Shown here: positions 55,295-64,000 of the stretch, in pieces
Position numbering within the stretch: the stretch's first letter is position 1
Layout: every line of letters begins with the position of its first letter
DNA from: Candidatus Moraniibacteriota bacterium
GTDB taxonomy: Bacteria > Patescibacteriota > Minisyncoccia > Moranbacterales > UBA2206
Direction of reading: 5' to 3'
DNA length: 64,000 nucleotides
NCBI GenBank assembly: GCA_026396175.1
Contig: JAPLXG010000008.1
Coordinates: 659-64,658 of the forward strand
The notes under the pieces: model-generated
The model's input: only the letters and a program-made list of their open reading frames with translations
Told to the model about the DNA's origin: nothing
The model's database searches: none
Translations under genes and position numbers: made by a program

Positions 55295-56038
55295 CTAGAT
55301 AATTTCCCCTGGAATCAAATTCCACATAGTTTTATGCAAGCTCAAAAGGCTTTCATAAATTTCCTTGCTTTCAATGATGAGGCCGAATTTTTCTTTGGAT
55401 GAAACGGCGGCAATTTTGTTTTTACCATAAAGATTGAGAGTGATTGAGAGTTTGAACAAATTAGGATCCATTAGTTTCGAGCGATGCAGTCGCGCTTGGT
55501 TTGTTTTAGTCAATTCTCGAAAATGTTCGTTATCTGGCTGGATGCAATCAACCCAAACCTTTTTTTTGACCCGCGTGGCGGTAAAAACCTCATTCATCCA
55601 ATTATTATCAAACTCATTTTGCCAAACTTCCGAATACCAAGCATAGAATTTTTCGTTGGAATTGTCGAGGATATCGCGAAAGACTTCCTTGATTCCTTCG
55701 TCACCTTCAAAAAAACGAATAACAGGTTTTGTGTCAATTAAATTGGTGATTGAAAGTAATTCGGGCATCATTCGATTAACCGCTTCCATTTTTTCCTCTA
55801 GTCTATGCTTAATTTTTTGCGGATTTTCTGCGTAGTAAAAAGCTTTATTTTTCCGCTTAGATTGGCTAATTAGGCCCTTTTTCCCCAAAGATTCCACGGC
55901 CAAATAGACTGTAGTTCTTTTGACGCCCGATTTTTTGGAAATCCGCTCAACGGATGTTTCACCCAGCTCCAAAGCGGCCAAATAGACCTTGGCTTCATTG
56001 GCAGAGAGATCGAGATTTTCCAAGTCACGAAAAAGCAT
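55295..56038 (-). CDS. TrmB family transcriptional regulator
   Basis: LS.NEAKVYLAALELG, SGVKRTTVY, KP.IRFFEG.EGIK. Confidence 0.9.
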   Translation of the reverse strand: MLFRDLENLDLSANEAKVYLAALELGETSVERISKKSGVKRTTVYLAVESLGKKGLISQSKRKNKAFYYAENPQKIKHRLEEKMEAVNRMMPELLSITNLIDTKPVIRFFEGDEGIKEVFRDILDNSNEKFYAWYSEVWQNEFDNNWMNEVFTATRVKKKVWVDCIQPDNEHFRELTKTNQARLHRSKLMDPNLFKLSITLNLYGKNKIAAVSSKEKFGLIIESKEIYESLLSLHKTMWNLIPGEII

Positions 56039-56291
56039 AAAATTGAGCTTAAAGCTTATTTTGTCATCAAAAATAACAACAAATATAGTATATTATAGAG
56101 GCTCAAATAAAGCAAGTCTAAAGATATTTAAAAAAAGTCATCCATAAACTATGGACAATTAGACGATTTTCTGATATACTTGTTCGTTAGGCTGAAATTT
56201 TGAATAGTTCGAAGTGGAAGCCTAGCAAAGCTCGTTGACAATTTTAAAAATCGAAAACAATCGCTTGCATAGAGAGGTATAGGGAGGAAAT

Positions 56292-56726
56292 ATGAAACAT
56301 GAAAGGGAGCAGCAGAGAATTATGGATGAAAGAACAATAGAGTTTGCAATACGAAAAGAAAAACATAGATTCGATTCAAGATTAGTAGCTGACGTTTCCA
56401 CCTTGGTTAAAACCTTCGGAATTGAAATGGTGGAGGTTCTTATAGATTTTCACACTCAGGCAATAAATCATAGGGTTGACAAAATGAGCCTTGGAAAGGC
56501 GGCTCCTTGGCACAGTGGTACTATTGCACTTAATTATCTTAATGATTTTAAGCACCTGATAATTAAACTCGATGATCCAATCGGGCACATGATTAAAAAA
56601 ACGAGTATTGCACTTAATCATTGCGAAGCTGACTACACTATTTTCTGTAGAGCATGCTATCTTTCATTTTGGAAGTATTATGTGGAAGAATATTATGACG
56701 GACTTTGTATTCGTTATCCAGTTTAA
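56292..56726 (+). CDS. Orphan 144-aa protein
   Basis: SD AGGGAGG; promoter TGGACA-17-TATACT at 56152-56180. Confidence 0.7.
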   Translation: MKHEREQQRIMDERTIEFAIRKEKHRFDSRLVADVSTLVKTFGIEMVEVLIDFHTQAINHRVDKMSLGKAAPWHSGTIALNYLNDFKHLIIKLDDPIGHMIKKTSIALNHCEADYTIFCRACYLSFWKYYVEEYYDGLCIRYPV

Positions 56727-56803
56727 TTAAAGTATTTATCGATCTGAGCACGCGAGAATCATCGCATCTTGCTCAAGCTAAAAAGACGAAAGGAAAAAAG
56801 AAA

Positions 56804-56953
56804 ATGGACACAGAAGGCAGAAGATCCCTGATTCAGGCTATCGCAAACTTACTGTATGTGCGTGGCGTGGAAGAGTATGAGGTGGGAGATATTTTCGATG
56901 AAGATTTTATTGATGAGGTCATCGAAGAAATGGAAACGAAAAAAAGGAAATAA
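56804..56953 (+). CDS. Small acidic orphan protein, 49 aa
   Basis: Purine-rich leader; terminator hairpin at 56963-56998. Confidence 0.5.
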   Translation: MDTEGRRSLIQAIANLLYVRGVEEYEVGDIFDEDFIDEVIEEMETKKRK

Positions 56954-57018
56954 TCTAGTATGAAAAGGGAACCGTCCATCGCGACTGTTCCCTTTTTTCT
57001 ATGTTCAAAAAAGCTATT

Positions 57019-57591
57019 TCATGCAAATAATGCGCCTATCAATTTATTCAATCGCTTGCTTTTAAACTTTTTTAAATAAGATCTAAGTTTGTTTTTATCA
57101 AGTAGGGTCAAGTCCATTTCTTCCGCGTCAAATTTTGCATAGCCATTGAGCGAGAGATAGGCCAGATCCAAAAAAGCTTTTTCCGGCTGCGCAATCAGGT
57201 AGCCTTCTTTGATTTCATAGCCAAAAAACAAATCCGCTCGCAGATGGCGATAAATAAAAGTTAAGTCAGTGATTTCAACTTGGTGAGCGCGTTTTGTGGT
57301 GGCGAGGGTTAGTGCATAGGATTTTTGGCTCAAGACGCCAGTTTGTCCGAGCGCCCATTCGAAAGAGAGATAGCTCGGCGCATAGATTTCCAGCGCTAGC
57401 TTGGGAAAATCAACCTTGGCCAGATCTTGGCAATAGTAGCCCTTAATTAGGGCGATTATTTTTCCAGCTTTAACCAAGCGACTAATTGCCACGCGGAGAC
57501 TCCCATCATCCAAGTCGGCTATTTTTCTTGCGTCGGCAAAAGAGAAATAGCTTTTTTGAATTTTATTTAATTTTAGCTCTAAGTTGCTCAT
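57019..57591 (-). CDS. AbiEi-like type IV antitoxin / transcriptional regulator
   Basis: N-terminal wHTH (ISRLVKAGKI..L.KGYY), PSYLSFEWAL, IAQPEKAFLD. Confidence 0.88.
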   Translation of the reverse strand: MSNLELKLNKIQKSYFSFADARKIADLDDGSLRVAISRLVKAGKIIALIKGYYCQDLAKVDFPKLALEIYAPSYLSFEWALGQTGVLSQKSYALTLATTKRAHQVEITDLTFIYRHLRADLFFGYEIKEGYLIAQPEKAFLDLAYLSLNGYAKFDAEEMDLTLLDKNKLRSYLKKFKSKRLNKLIGALFA

Positions 57592-58258
57592 AGAGTTGCT
57601 TTATGACCGGATAATATTTTTTTGGTAAAAATACTTGCAGTTCATTTTGAAATTCCTTCTTTCCGTATTTTGGCAAATCTTTTGGCAGAATGAAATTTTC
57701 GCGCAAAGCTTTCGCAATATACCAAAGATCAAAAATATCCCGGCCCTTTTTTCGTCCAGCTAGAGCAGATTCCTTGAGTCGTTGCAACTCTTTGAGCGTT
57801 GGAACTAAAAGTAGTGGTTCAGCAATACTCAACGAACTCTTGATGAGTGCCAATTCTGTTTCTAGTTTTGGTTTACGCTGTGGCTTGTGCGCCTCAATTT
57901 TAACAGAAAAAGCATGTTTTAGTTTTTCATCACGGATACTAATTAGCGCGAACATTGTTTGGCGCTTATCCTTGAGATCTTTCAGTGTCCAGTTTGTATT
58001 ATTGTTGACTAAACTTGCGGCAAAACTTTTAAATTCCACAAAGCCTACCTTTTTCATCACCAAAAGGTCGATATCCTCGGAAAAGCGGGGGGAGCCATAA
58101 ACTAGGCGCAAAGCTGTTCCGCCATAAAAAACTAGCTTAGCGCTCAGTTTATCTTTGGAAAGTTCAGATAGAATTTCCATCTCAACTTCCTCGCGTAAAA
58201 TTTGGTCACGCGCGATGCCGAATTCTTTAATGTAAGCGCTTAGTTGGTTTTCGTTCAT
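57563..58258 (-). CDS. AbiEii-like nucleotidyltransferase toxin
   Basis: FYGGTALRLVYGSPRFSEDIDL, RKKGRDIFDLW. Confidence 0.92.
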   Translation of the reverse strand: MNENQLSAYIKEFGIARDQILREEVEMEILSELSKDKLSAKLVFYGGTALRLVYGSPRFSEDIDLLVMKKVGFVEFKSFAASLVNNNTNWTLKDLKDKRQTMFALISIRDEKLKHAFSVKIEAHKPQRKPKLETELALIKSSLSIAEPLLLVPTLKELQRLKESALAGRKKGRDIFDLWYIAKALRENFILPKDLPKYGKKEFQNELQVFLPKKYYPVIKQLYEQLRAKIK

Positions 58259-58264
58259 ATTCAA

Positions 58265-58326
58265 TGATACTTAATTATTAACATATTTGATAATAATAGT
58301 GTATCATATAATATAGAAGTTGTCAA
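58265..58326 (-). promoter_or_regulatory. AbiE promoter overlapped by an inverted-repeat operator
   Basis: TTGACA-17-TACACT; ATGATAC..TTATTA / TAATAA..GTATCAT palindrome. Confidence 0.65.
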
Positions 58327-59073
58327 TCATTTCTTCGCAATCTTCCAAAGTAAATCAAAATAAGTTAAATAGGATTTGCGAAAATCTTCGTTTTTTATTT
58401 CGATGCAAAACATATCATCGCCAGCTCCTGTGCCATAGGAATTGAGCGTGATGGAATCGTGCCAGATGTCAAATGATGTCGGCGAGGAATAGCCTTCCGG
58501 CAAAAAGCGATATTCAGAGTTGGCGCGTTTCACGAGCTTGGCTTCTTCAGAACTGATGTTGCCAAAAATCAGTTTTGTTTTGATATTTTTTTTCGTGCGA
58601 ATGCGATTACTTCTTTCAAACACGCCAGATTTGAGCATCAATTCCTTGAACCGCATCGCCGCGCCAGTGACAACCAGATATTGGGAATTTTCCGGCATCA
58701 GATCGTCTTTGCGCATAATCAATTCGCGGTAGGCCTTGGCGCCTTCATAGATCCTAATTTCTTGGCCTTTCTTTTGGCCGACTAATTTTGCGTTGATTTC
58801 TTCAATCAGATTATTTGCCACAATTTCTTGTTGCCTCACATTGTCCAAAATATTTTGCGGATTAGCCACGCGAAAAACCAAGCGGTTATTTTTAGTGGTT
58901 TTTAAAACCATTTTTTTATTTTCCAATCCATCAAGGGCGTCATAGGCGACTTGCCGGTGCATGCCCAGTTTTTTGATCAGCGGCCCCACCGTATTTTCGC
59001 CCAACTCCAAAAGCGCATTATAGATTTTGATTTCATTGGGTGTTAGGCCCAGTTGTTTTAGTTCGTTTTCCAT
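58327..59073 (-). CDS. TrmB family transcriptional regulator
   Basis: LGLTPNEIKIYNALLELG, GMHRQVAYDAL, IRIYEG, YFDLLWK. Confidence 0.9.
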   Translation of the reverse strand: MENELKQLGLTPNEIKIYNALLELGENTVGPLIKKLGMHRQVAYDALDGLENKKMVLKTTKNNRLVFRVANPQNILDNVRQQEIVANNLIEEINAKLVGQKKGQEIRIYEGAKAYRELIMRKDDLMPENSQYLVVTGAAMRFKELMLKSGVFERSNRIRTKKNIKTKLIFGNISSEEAKLVKRANSEYRFLPEGYSSPTSFDIWHDSITLNSYGTGAGDDMFCIEIKNEDFRKSYLTYFDLLWKIAKK

Positions 59074-59084
59074 AAAATTAGATT

Positions 59085-59310
59085 TCTCCTCGCCCTCCGG
59101 GAGAGGATGTCACGAGCACGTAACAGGTGAGGCTACGGAATAGTCTCTTCAATTCCTCTTCTCCCCTCGGGAGAGGATGTCATGTACTCATGACAGGTGA
59201 GGGACAGGCAATAGGTTAAGGATAGCTTAATATAAAATTAGTGTTTGGTATTTTTCAGACACACCCTCATCCGGCTTTCAGCCACCTTCTCCCGGAGGGC
59301 GAAGGGGATA
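59085..59310. repeat. GGGAGAGG/CCCTCA palindromic repeat element, empty counterpart of 6625-6862
   Basis: Shares ...GGGAGAGGATGTC..ACAGGTGAGGCTACGGAATAGT... Confidence 0.88.
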
Positions 59311-59578
59311 CAGCTAGGACATTCGTATATTCGTACAAATTCGTAATTCGTAGAGATCTACACAAAATGTCCACCATCGATTTCTGTCAATCTCAAACTG
59401 ACCAAATTCCAAAAATCCCTTATCCTAGCTTAATTATACATCAGTTTAAAACTTATGTCAATATTGTCGCAAGATTACTGTTGACAATAATCAATATGCA
59501 TGCTATACTCTGGAGTCAAATCAAGAAGCGGTTTCTTGAGGAGGCAAAAAATGTACATTACAAAAAGGAGAAGGGGAT

Positions 59579-59905
59579 ATGAAAAAAATAGCCATATTAA
59601 CAGGCACCTACGGATTTTACCCAGCTCAATCGATAGCTACTGTTCTGCAAAAGTTCGGCTTTACTGTTTTAATGTTTTTCAATAAAAAGATTGAGTACGA
59701 AACAAATGAGCCGATAGCAGACCTGGTTATAGTTGATGTGTGCAGCTATAACGACAGATGGAATTTCGAAAAGCATCTCAATAATAATCAAAAAGAACTT
59801 GCTTCACATATTATCAAATGTGGGTGCGAGGGGTGTACAAATAAAGATTTCGATTGGGATGAAAAATTTGACATACTAGAAAAAGCATTGATTGTTCTGG
59901 AATAA
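59579..59905 (+). CDS. Orphan 108-aa alpha/beta protein
   Basis: Promoter TTGACA-17-TATACT at 59481-59509; SD AGGAGAAGGGG. Confidence 0.7.
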   Translation: MKKIAILTGTYGFYPAQSIATVLQKFGFTVLMFFNKKIEYETNEPIADLVIVDVCSYNDRWNFEKHLNNNQKELASHIIKCGCEGCTNKDFDWDEKFDILEKALIVLE

Positions 59906-60081
59906 AAAAACTACTATGCCTAAACAATCTCTTGTCGTTATTCTCCAATTTTGTACTTTACGGCGAGCACGCGTATCATCGCACTGTGCTCGCCTCCTTT
60001 TCCCAGGTTTCAAAATTGTTTTGAGGCTTGAGATCGAGGAAAAATTTAAGCTGTATATTAACAATAAAATGAGGTGAAAAT

Positions 60082-60825
60082 ATGTCTGCTACCCAGGATA
60101 AGATGTTTGCGGATACGGCGTCGATGTATGACGCCAATTCGGAGGAATACGCCACGGCAGCTAAAAGGGAATTGCGAGAGCTGACTCTTAGCCCATCCCT
60201 GATTGAGCATTTGGGCGATCTCTCTGGAAAGAGAGTGCTGGACATTGGTTGTGGAACCGGAAACTCCAGCCGCTTGACACTTTCGTGCGGAGCACGGGAA
60301 GTCACTGGCATTGATATCTCCGAAAAGGAAATTATTACTGCGAGAGAGATCGACAATGGGAAAATGATCGCATATTTTGTCGGGAATGCTATTGATGACT
60401 TGAGTAATTTGGGAAAATTCGATCTGGTAACAGCAGTATTATCTGTGCATTACTGCACTGACAAAGGTATGTTGGAAAAATTATTTTCTAACGTTCAGAA
60501 AGTTCTGAAACCCGGCGGTGAATTCTTAGCAGTCGTGGTGCCGTTCGCCGAGTATGATGGTTACGGAGTGATAATTTCATCTCCGACCGGCCAAGAAGGC
60601 GAGCTGTCGAATGTGTCACTTTTAGATTTTCAGGGCCACAAGTTTTTGGACTTCGATGACATTTATTGGAGCGAGAAAACTTACCAGGAAGTCCTGGAAA
60701 AAATAGGTTTTTCTGTCGAGTGGCTTCCGTGCATTGTGGCGGAAGAGGGAATCCAAAAATATGGCGAAAGTTTTTGGAAAAAATTTCTAGACGATCCGAT
60801 TTACAAAATTTTTTTGGCGAAATAA
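60082..60825 (+). CDS. Class I SAM-dependent methyltransferase
   Basis: VLDIGCGTG, VTGIDIS, FDLV, LKPGG; terminator at 60850-60883. Confidence 0.93.
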   Translation: MSATQDKMFADTASMYDANSEEYATAAKRELRELTLSPSLIEHLGDLSGKRVLDIGCGTGNSSRLTLSCGAREVTGIDISEKEIITAREIDNGKMIAYFVGNAIDDLSNLGKFDLVTAVLSVHYCTDKGMLEKLFSNVQKVLKPGGEFLAVVVPFAEYDGYGVIISSPTGQEGELSNVSLLDFQGHKFLDFDDIYWSEKTYQEVLEKIGFSVEWLPCIVAEEGIQKYGESFWKKFLDDPIYKIFLAK

Positions 60826-60916
60826 AGGAGGGAAATATTCGAAAAAATCAAAAGGAGTTGCCAAACATTGTAACTCCTTTTTTCTATGACAAAAAAATAA
60901 AACAAAAAGGCTACTC

Positions 60917-61243
60917 CTAAAGTAATGCATCAATGGCAATTTTTAGTTCCGGCAGATTTTCCGTGCAAGTTTTCCAGACTGTTTCCGGAATCACGCCAAA
61001 ATATTCGTGGATTAGGACATTTCGCATATCAATCATATCCCGCCAAGGGATTTGCGGATTAGCGTCGCGAAAATCTTGGCTCATTTTTCCAGCCGCTTCG
61101 CCGATAATTTCTAGGTCACGAACAACTGCCTTCAGAAGGATTTTGTTTTCCAAAAACTCAGCGTAAGTTATTCCACTAATTGCTTCATTGATATCGTTGA
61201 TTGAATCGCGGATATGTTTGAGGTAGATTAGATTATTTTTCAT
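60917..61243 (-). CDS. HepT-like (DUF86, HEPN) ribonuclease toxin
   Basis: AVVRDLEIIGEA, IPW..M..MRNVLIHEYFGV (R-X4-H). Confidence 0.93.
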   Translation of the reverse strand: MKNNLIYLKHIRDSINDINEAISGITYAEFLENKILLKAVVRDLEIIGEAAGKMSQDFRDANPQIPWRDMIDMRNVLIHEYFGVIPETVWKTCTENLPELKIAIDALL

Positions 61244-61538
61244 AAATAGTTTTGGCGTTATTGAGCACTTCTTCGCGGAAGTATTTGCTAAGAGCGGAAG
61301 GGGTGAGAAGGTCTATTTTTTTACCGCTAAATTCAGAAAGTCTTCTTTGGATGCGCACAAACTCAAAAAGGCCAATTGGCGCATCAGGCCTAAATTCAAT
61401 AAGGACATCTACATCACTGTCTGGACGCGGATTGCCATAAGCTTGAGACCCAAAAAGAGACACTTTTAAAATATCCTCTTTATTAGGATCGGCTTCGACG
61501 GCCTCGCAAATAATTTTTTCTAATTCTTCTTTGCTCAT
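61233..61538 (-). CDS. MNT minimal nucleotidyltransferase antitoxin
   Basis: LFGSQAYGNPRPDSDVDVL (GS-X10-DxD), KIDL.T..AL. Confidence 0.93.
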   Translation of the reverse strand: MSKEELEKIICEAVEADPNKEDILKVSLFGSQAYGNPRPDSDVDVLIEFRPDAPIGLFEFVRIQRRLSEFSGKKIDLLTPSALSKYFREEVLNNAKTIYEK

Positions 61539-61575
61539 AGGCTCAGTCTAGCATATTTTTTATCTCTTGCAAAAC

Positions 61576-64000
61576 TTACAATTCCCCCCAATTATCCCCA
61601 ATCGAAACATTGGCGACAAGTGGAACTTTGAGTTTGTAGGCGTCTTCCAAGATAGCTTTAATTTTTTGAGAAACGGTTTCGGCGAGATCTTCGCGTACTT
61701 CCAAAATAATTTCATCGTGCACCTGCAAAAGCATTTTGACATCAGGATTGTTTTCAAACTCTTTGGCAACATGGAGCATTGCGATTTTCATGATGTCCGA
61801 TGCCAGGCCTTGGATTGGCATATTGATGGCCATTCGTTCGGCGGCGCTTTGGACTTGAAAATTAGAAGAATTAATTTCCGAAATATATCTGCGTCGGCCA
61901 ATTTCCGTTTCGACGTAGCCGTTTTTTTTGGCGAACTCTTTGATTTCGCGCATATAGTTGGCGACGCCTTGGAATTTTTCAAAATAAGTGTCGATAAATC
62001 TTTTGGCATCATCTCTTGAGATGCCGGCGCGGGCGGCAAAACCGAAGGAGCCCATGCCATAGATTACTCCAAAATTCAATTCTTTGGCGGTACGGCGGAT
62101 TTTATCTGAGACTTGGGATAACGTTAAATTATTAATTTCCGCTGCGGTTGCGCGGTGAATGTCTTCGCCTTTGTGAAATAACTCAATCATTTTTTTGTCT
62201 TCGCTCACGTGCGCCACAACACGCAGATCGATTTGGGAATAATCGGCGCTCACTAGTTTATAGCCTTCTTTCGCCACAAAAGCGGTGCGCAGAAGTTGTC
62301 CAAGGTCAGTGCGGGTGGGAATATTTTGCAAATTTGGATCAGACGAGGAAAGACGACCGGTGGCGGTGACGGCCTGATTGAAAGTGGAATGCAATCGCGA
62401 ATTCTTATCAACCATTGTTGGTAATGTATCTAAGTAAGTGTTTTTTAGTTTTGTTATCTCTCGATATTCTTCAATTTTTTCAATAATTTTATGCTCACCG
62501 CGCAACTTATCCAGTTCTGCGGAAGCGGTGGAGATGACACCGGACTTGCCTTTTTTGATGTTGCCAACCGGCAAGTGCATTTTTTCAAACAAAACTTCTG
62601 ACAGTTGCTTGGGGGAAGCAATATTAAATGTCGTGCCGGAAAGCTTATAAATATTTTCCTCAAGTTTGGCAATGCGCTCCGTAATAGTCTGCGAGATACC
62701 GGCGAAAATCATTGTATTTAACTTAATTCCCGCGAGTTCCATCTGTGCCAAAACTTTGGCCAGTGGAATTTCTACTTCAGTAAAAACAGTATTTAGGGTG
62801 TGCTTCGGAGAGTTATTATTCTTCACTTGTTCCGCGCTAATCTTTTCGATTGACTCTTTTTGGATACTTTTCAGTTTGAAAATGTAGTCAGCGACGGAGC
62901 AATTTTTCTCGGCCACTTCTTGGGCGCTTTCAATCTCAAGCCCTAGTTGTCCTTTTTTGGATTCTTCCGTCATCTCTTCTTGTAAAAATTCTGCCACCAA
63001 ATCCGGTAAGGTTATTTTTCTGCCGGGACTAAGGACATAGCTAGCCAGGAGAATATCAAAATAGTTTCCCGCTAAGCTTATCCTAGCGTTTTGCAAAATT
63101 TCCAAATCACTTTTGAGATCAAAACAAATTTTTTCTATTGCTGGATTTTCCAGGAGATTTTTAATTTCCGCAAATATTTCTTTATTCTCTAAGTCAAAAT
63201 ATATTGCTCGGCCAGTTTTATAACTAATGGCAATGCCAGAAAGCGTGCTGGTGTGCGCCGTCGCACCGTTAGTTTTTAGCTTTATGGCAAGCTCTTTTTG
63301 CGCTATTAAGTTCTCCAAAAGTTCTCGATAATTATTTTTGTTGGCGATTTCGAATTTAAAATCTTTTACTCCGTCTGATTTTTCTAGCAGGGTGTTTTTG
63401 TTTTCAGCTGTGTTTAATTTTTTTTCATCAGCAGTTCCTAGCAATCTTTTTTTAAGACTATGAAAATTTAATTCCGTGAAAAGGGCAATTAATTTTTCCT
63501 TGTCAAAATCTTTTGTCACGGCTTTGTCTAAATCTAACTCAACTGGAACAGCTCGATCGATGGTCGCGAGGCCTTTGCTTTGGATGGCAATCAGCTTGTC
63601 TTTCTCCAGTTTTTCCCGCACTGGCTTTTTAATCTCTTCCAAATGTGTATAAACATTTTCCAGTGTGCCATAGGTTTTCAAAAGTTCAATGGCGGTTTTT
63701 TCACCAATCCCTTTCACGCCGGGAATATTGTCCGACGGGTCACCGCGCAGGCCTTTGTAATCAATCAGTTGCTCGGGCGCGAGAGAAAAGCGTTCGAAGA
63801 TTTCCGCCGTGCCATAGAGAACAGCGTCAGTGAGACCACGACGCATCGTGTAAACTTTGGTCGTGTCATTGACCAATTGCAATGTATCCATATCGCCAGT
63901 GACTATGATAGTTTCTAGCTCGCGAGAATTTTCTTTGGCCTGTTTGGACAAAGTTCCAATCACATCATCAGCTTCAAAACCGCTCACAGCATAAATCGGA
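61576..64000 (-). CDS. polA: DNA polymerase I (N-terminus outside the window)
   Basis: EADDVIGT, GDPSDNIPGVKGIGEKTA, TATGRLSSSDPNLQNIP, SADYSQIDLR, LLQVHDE. Confidence 0.98.
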   Translation of the reverse strand, partial: PIYAVSGFEADDVIGTLSKQAKENSRELETIIVTGDMDTLQLVNDTTKVYTMRRGLTDAVLYGTAEIFERFSLAPEQLIDYKGLRGDPSDNIPGVKGIGEKTAIELLKTYGTLENVYTHLEEIKKPVREKLEKDKLIAIQSKGLATIDRAVPVELDLDKAVTKDFDKEKLIALFTELNFHSLKKRLLGTADEKKLNTAENKNTLLEKSDGVKDFKFEIANKNNYRELLENLIAQKELAIKLKTNGATAHTSTLSGIAISYKTGRAIYFDLENKEIFAEIKNLLENPAIEKICFDLKSDLEILQNARISLAGNYFDILLASYVLSPGRKITLPDLVAEFLQEEMTEESKKGQLGLEIESAQEVAEKNCSVADYIFKLKSIQKESIEKISAEQVKNNNSPKHTLNTVFTEVEIPLAKVLAQMELAGIKLNTMIFAGISQTITERIAKLEENIYKLSGTTFNIASPKQLSEVLFEKMHLPVGNIKKGKSGVISTASAELDKLRGEHKIIEKIEEYREITKLKNTYLDTLPTMVDKNSRLHSTFNQAVTATGRLSSSDPNLQNIPTRTDLGQLLRTAFVAKEGYKLVSADYSQIDLRVVAHVSEDKKMIELFHKGEDIHRATAAEINNLTLSQVSDKIRRTAKELNFGVIYGMGSFGFAARAGISRDDAKRFIDTYFEKFQGVANYMREIKEFAKKNGYVETEIGRRRYISEINSSNFQVQSAAERMAINMPIQGLASDIMKIAMLHVAKEFENNPDVKMLLQVHDEIILEVREDLAETVSQKIKAILEDAYKLKVPLVANVSIGDNWGEL

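Noticed and set aside
1-64000. CRISPR array or cas genes
   Set aside because: No regularly spaced direct repeats with unique spacers; the repeats are dispersed palindromes or heptamer tracts; no Cas motifs seen.
1-64000. Alternative genetic code (TGA recoded, as in some CPR lineages)
   Set aside because: Conserved genes are full length under code 11 and several end at TGA in the expected place.

Overview
64 kb of a bacterial chromosome spanning the replication origin (jag-yidC-rnpA-rpmH / dnaA-oriC-dnaN-dciA). The gene content suggests a Patescibacteria (CPR, Parcubacteria-like) organism using genetic code 11; this is an inference. Left of the origin are a VirB4/PrgI type IV secretion-like cluster with pilins fused to putative cell-wall hydrolase domains and a glycosylation cluster. 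Right of it are PBP1A, an operon of four ATP-grasp ligases plus a 7TM protein, ruvC/yebC/ruvB, a tandem double-ATPase PilB, ispG, tsaE, rpsT, holA, mutM, two TrmB regulators, AbiE and MNT-HepT toxin-antitoxin pairs, and polA. The most unusual signals are outside the ORF track. (1) A ~300-nt structured RNA gene (37598-37900, minus strand) with its own sigma70 promoter and terminator that I cannot assign to a housekeeping class. (2) A 20-bp palindrome, CCTGCCTGCCGGTAGGCAGG, in 9 copies; it sits without target duplication inside other repeats, inside itself and in frame in tsaE, and empty homologous sites exist in the same window. (3) Four-helix-bundle genes wrapped in 7-nt-periodic inverted repeats, plus ORF-less copies of the same wrapper. 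(4) Self-contained cassettes of small orphan genes, several Cys-rich, with strong promoters and Shine-Dalgarno sites. All calls are by eye; no database searches were run.
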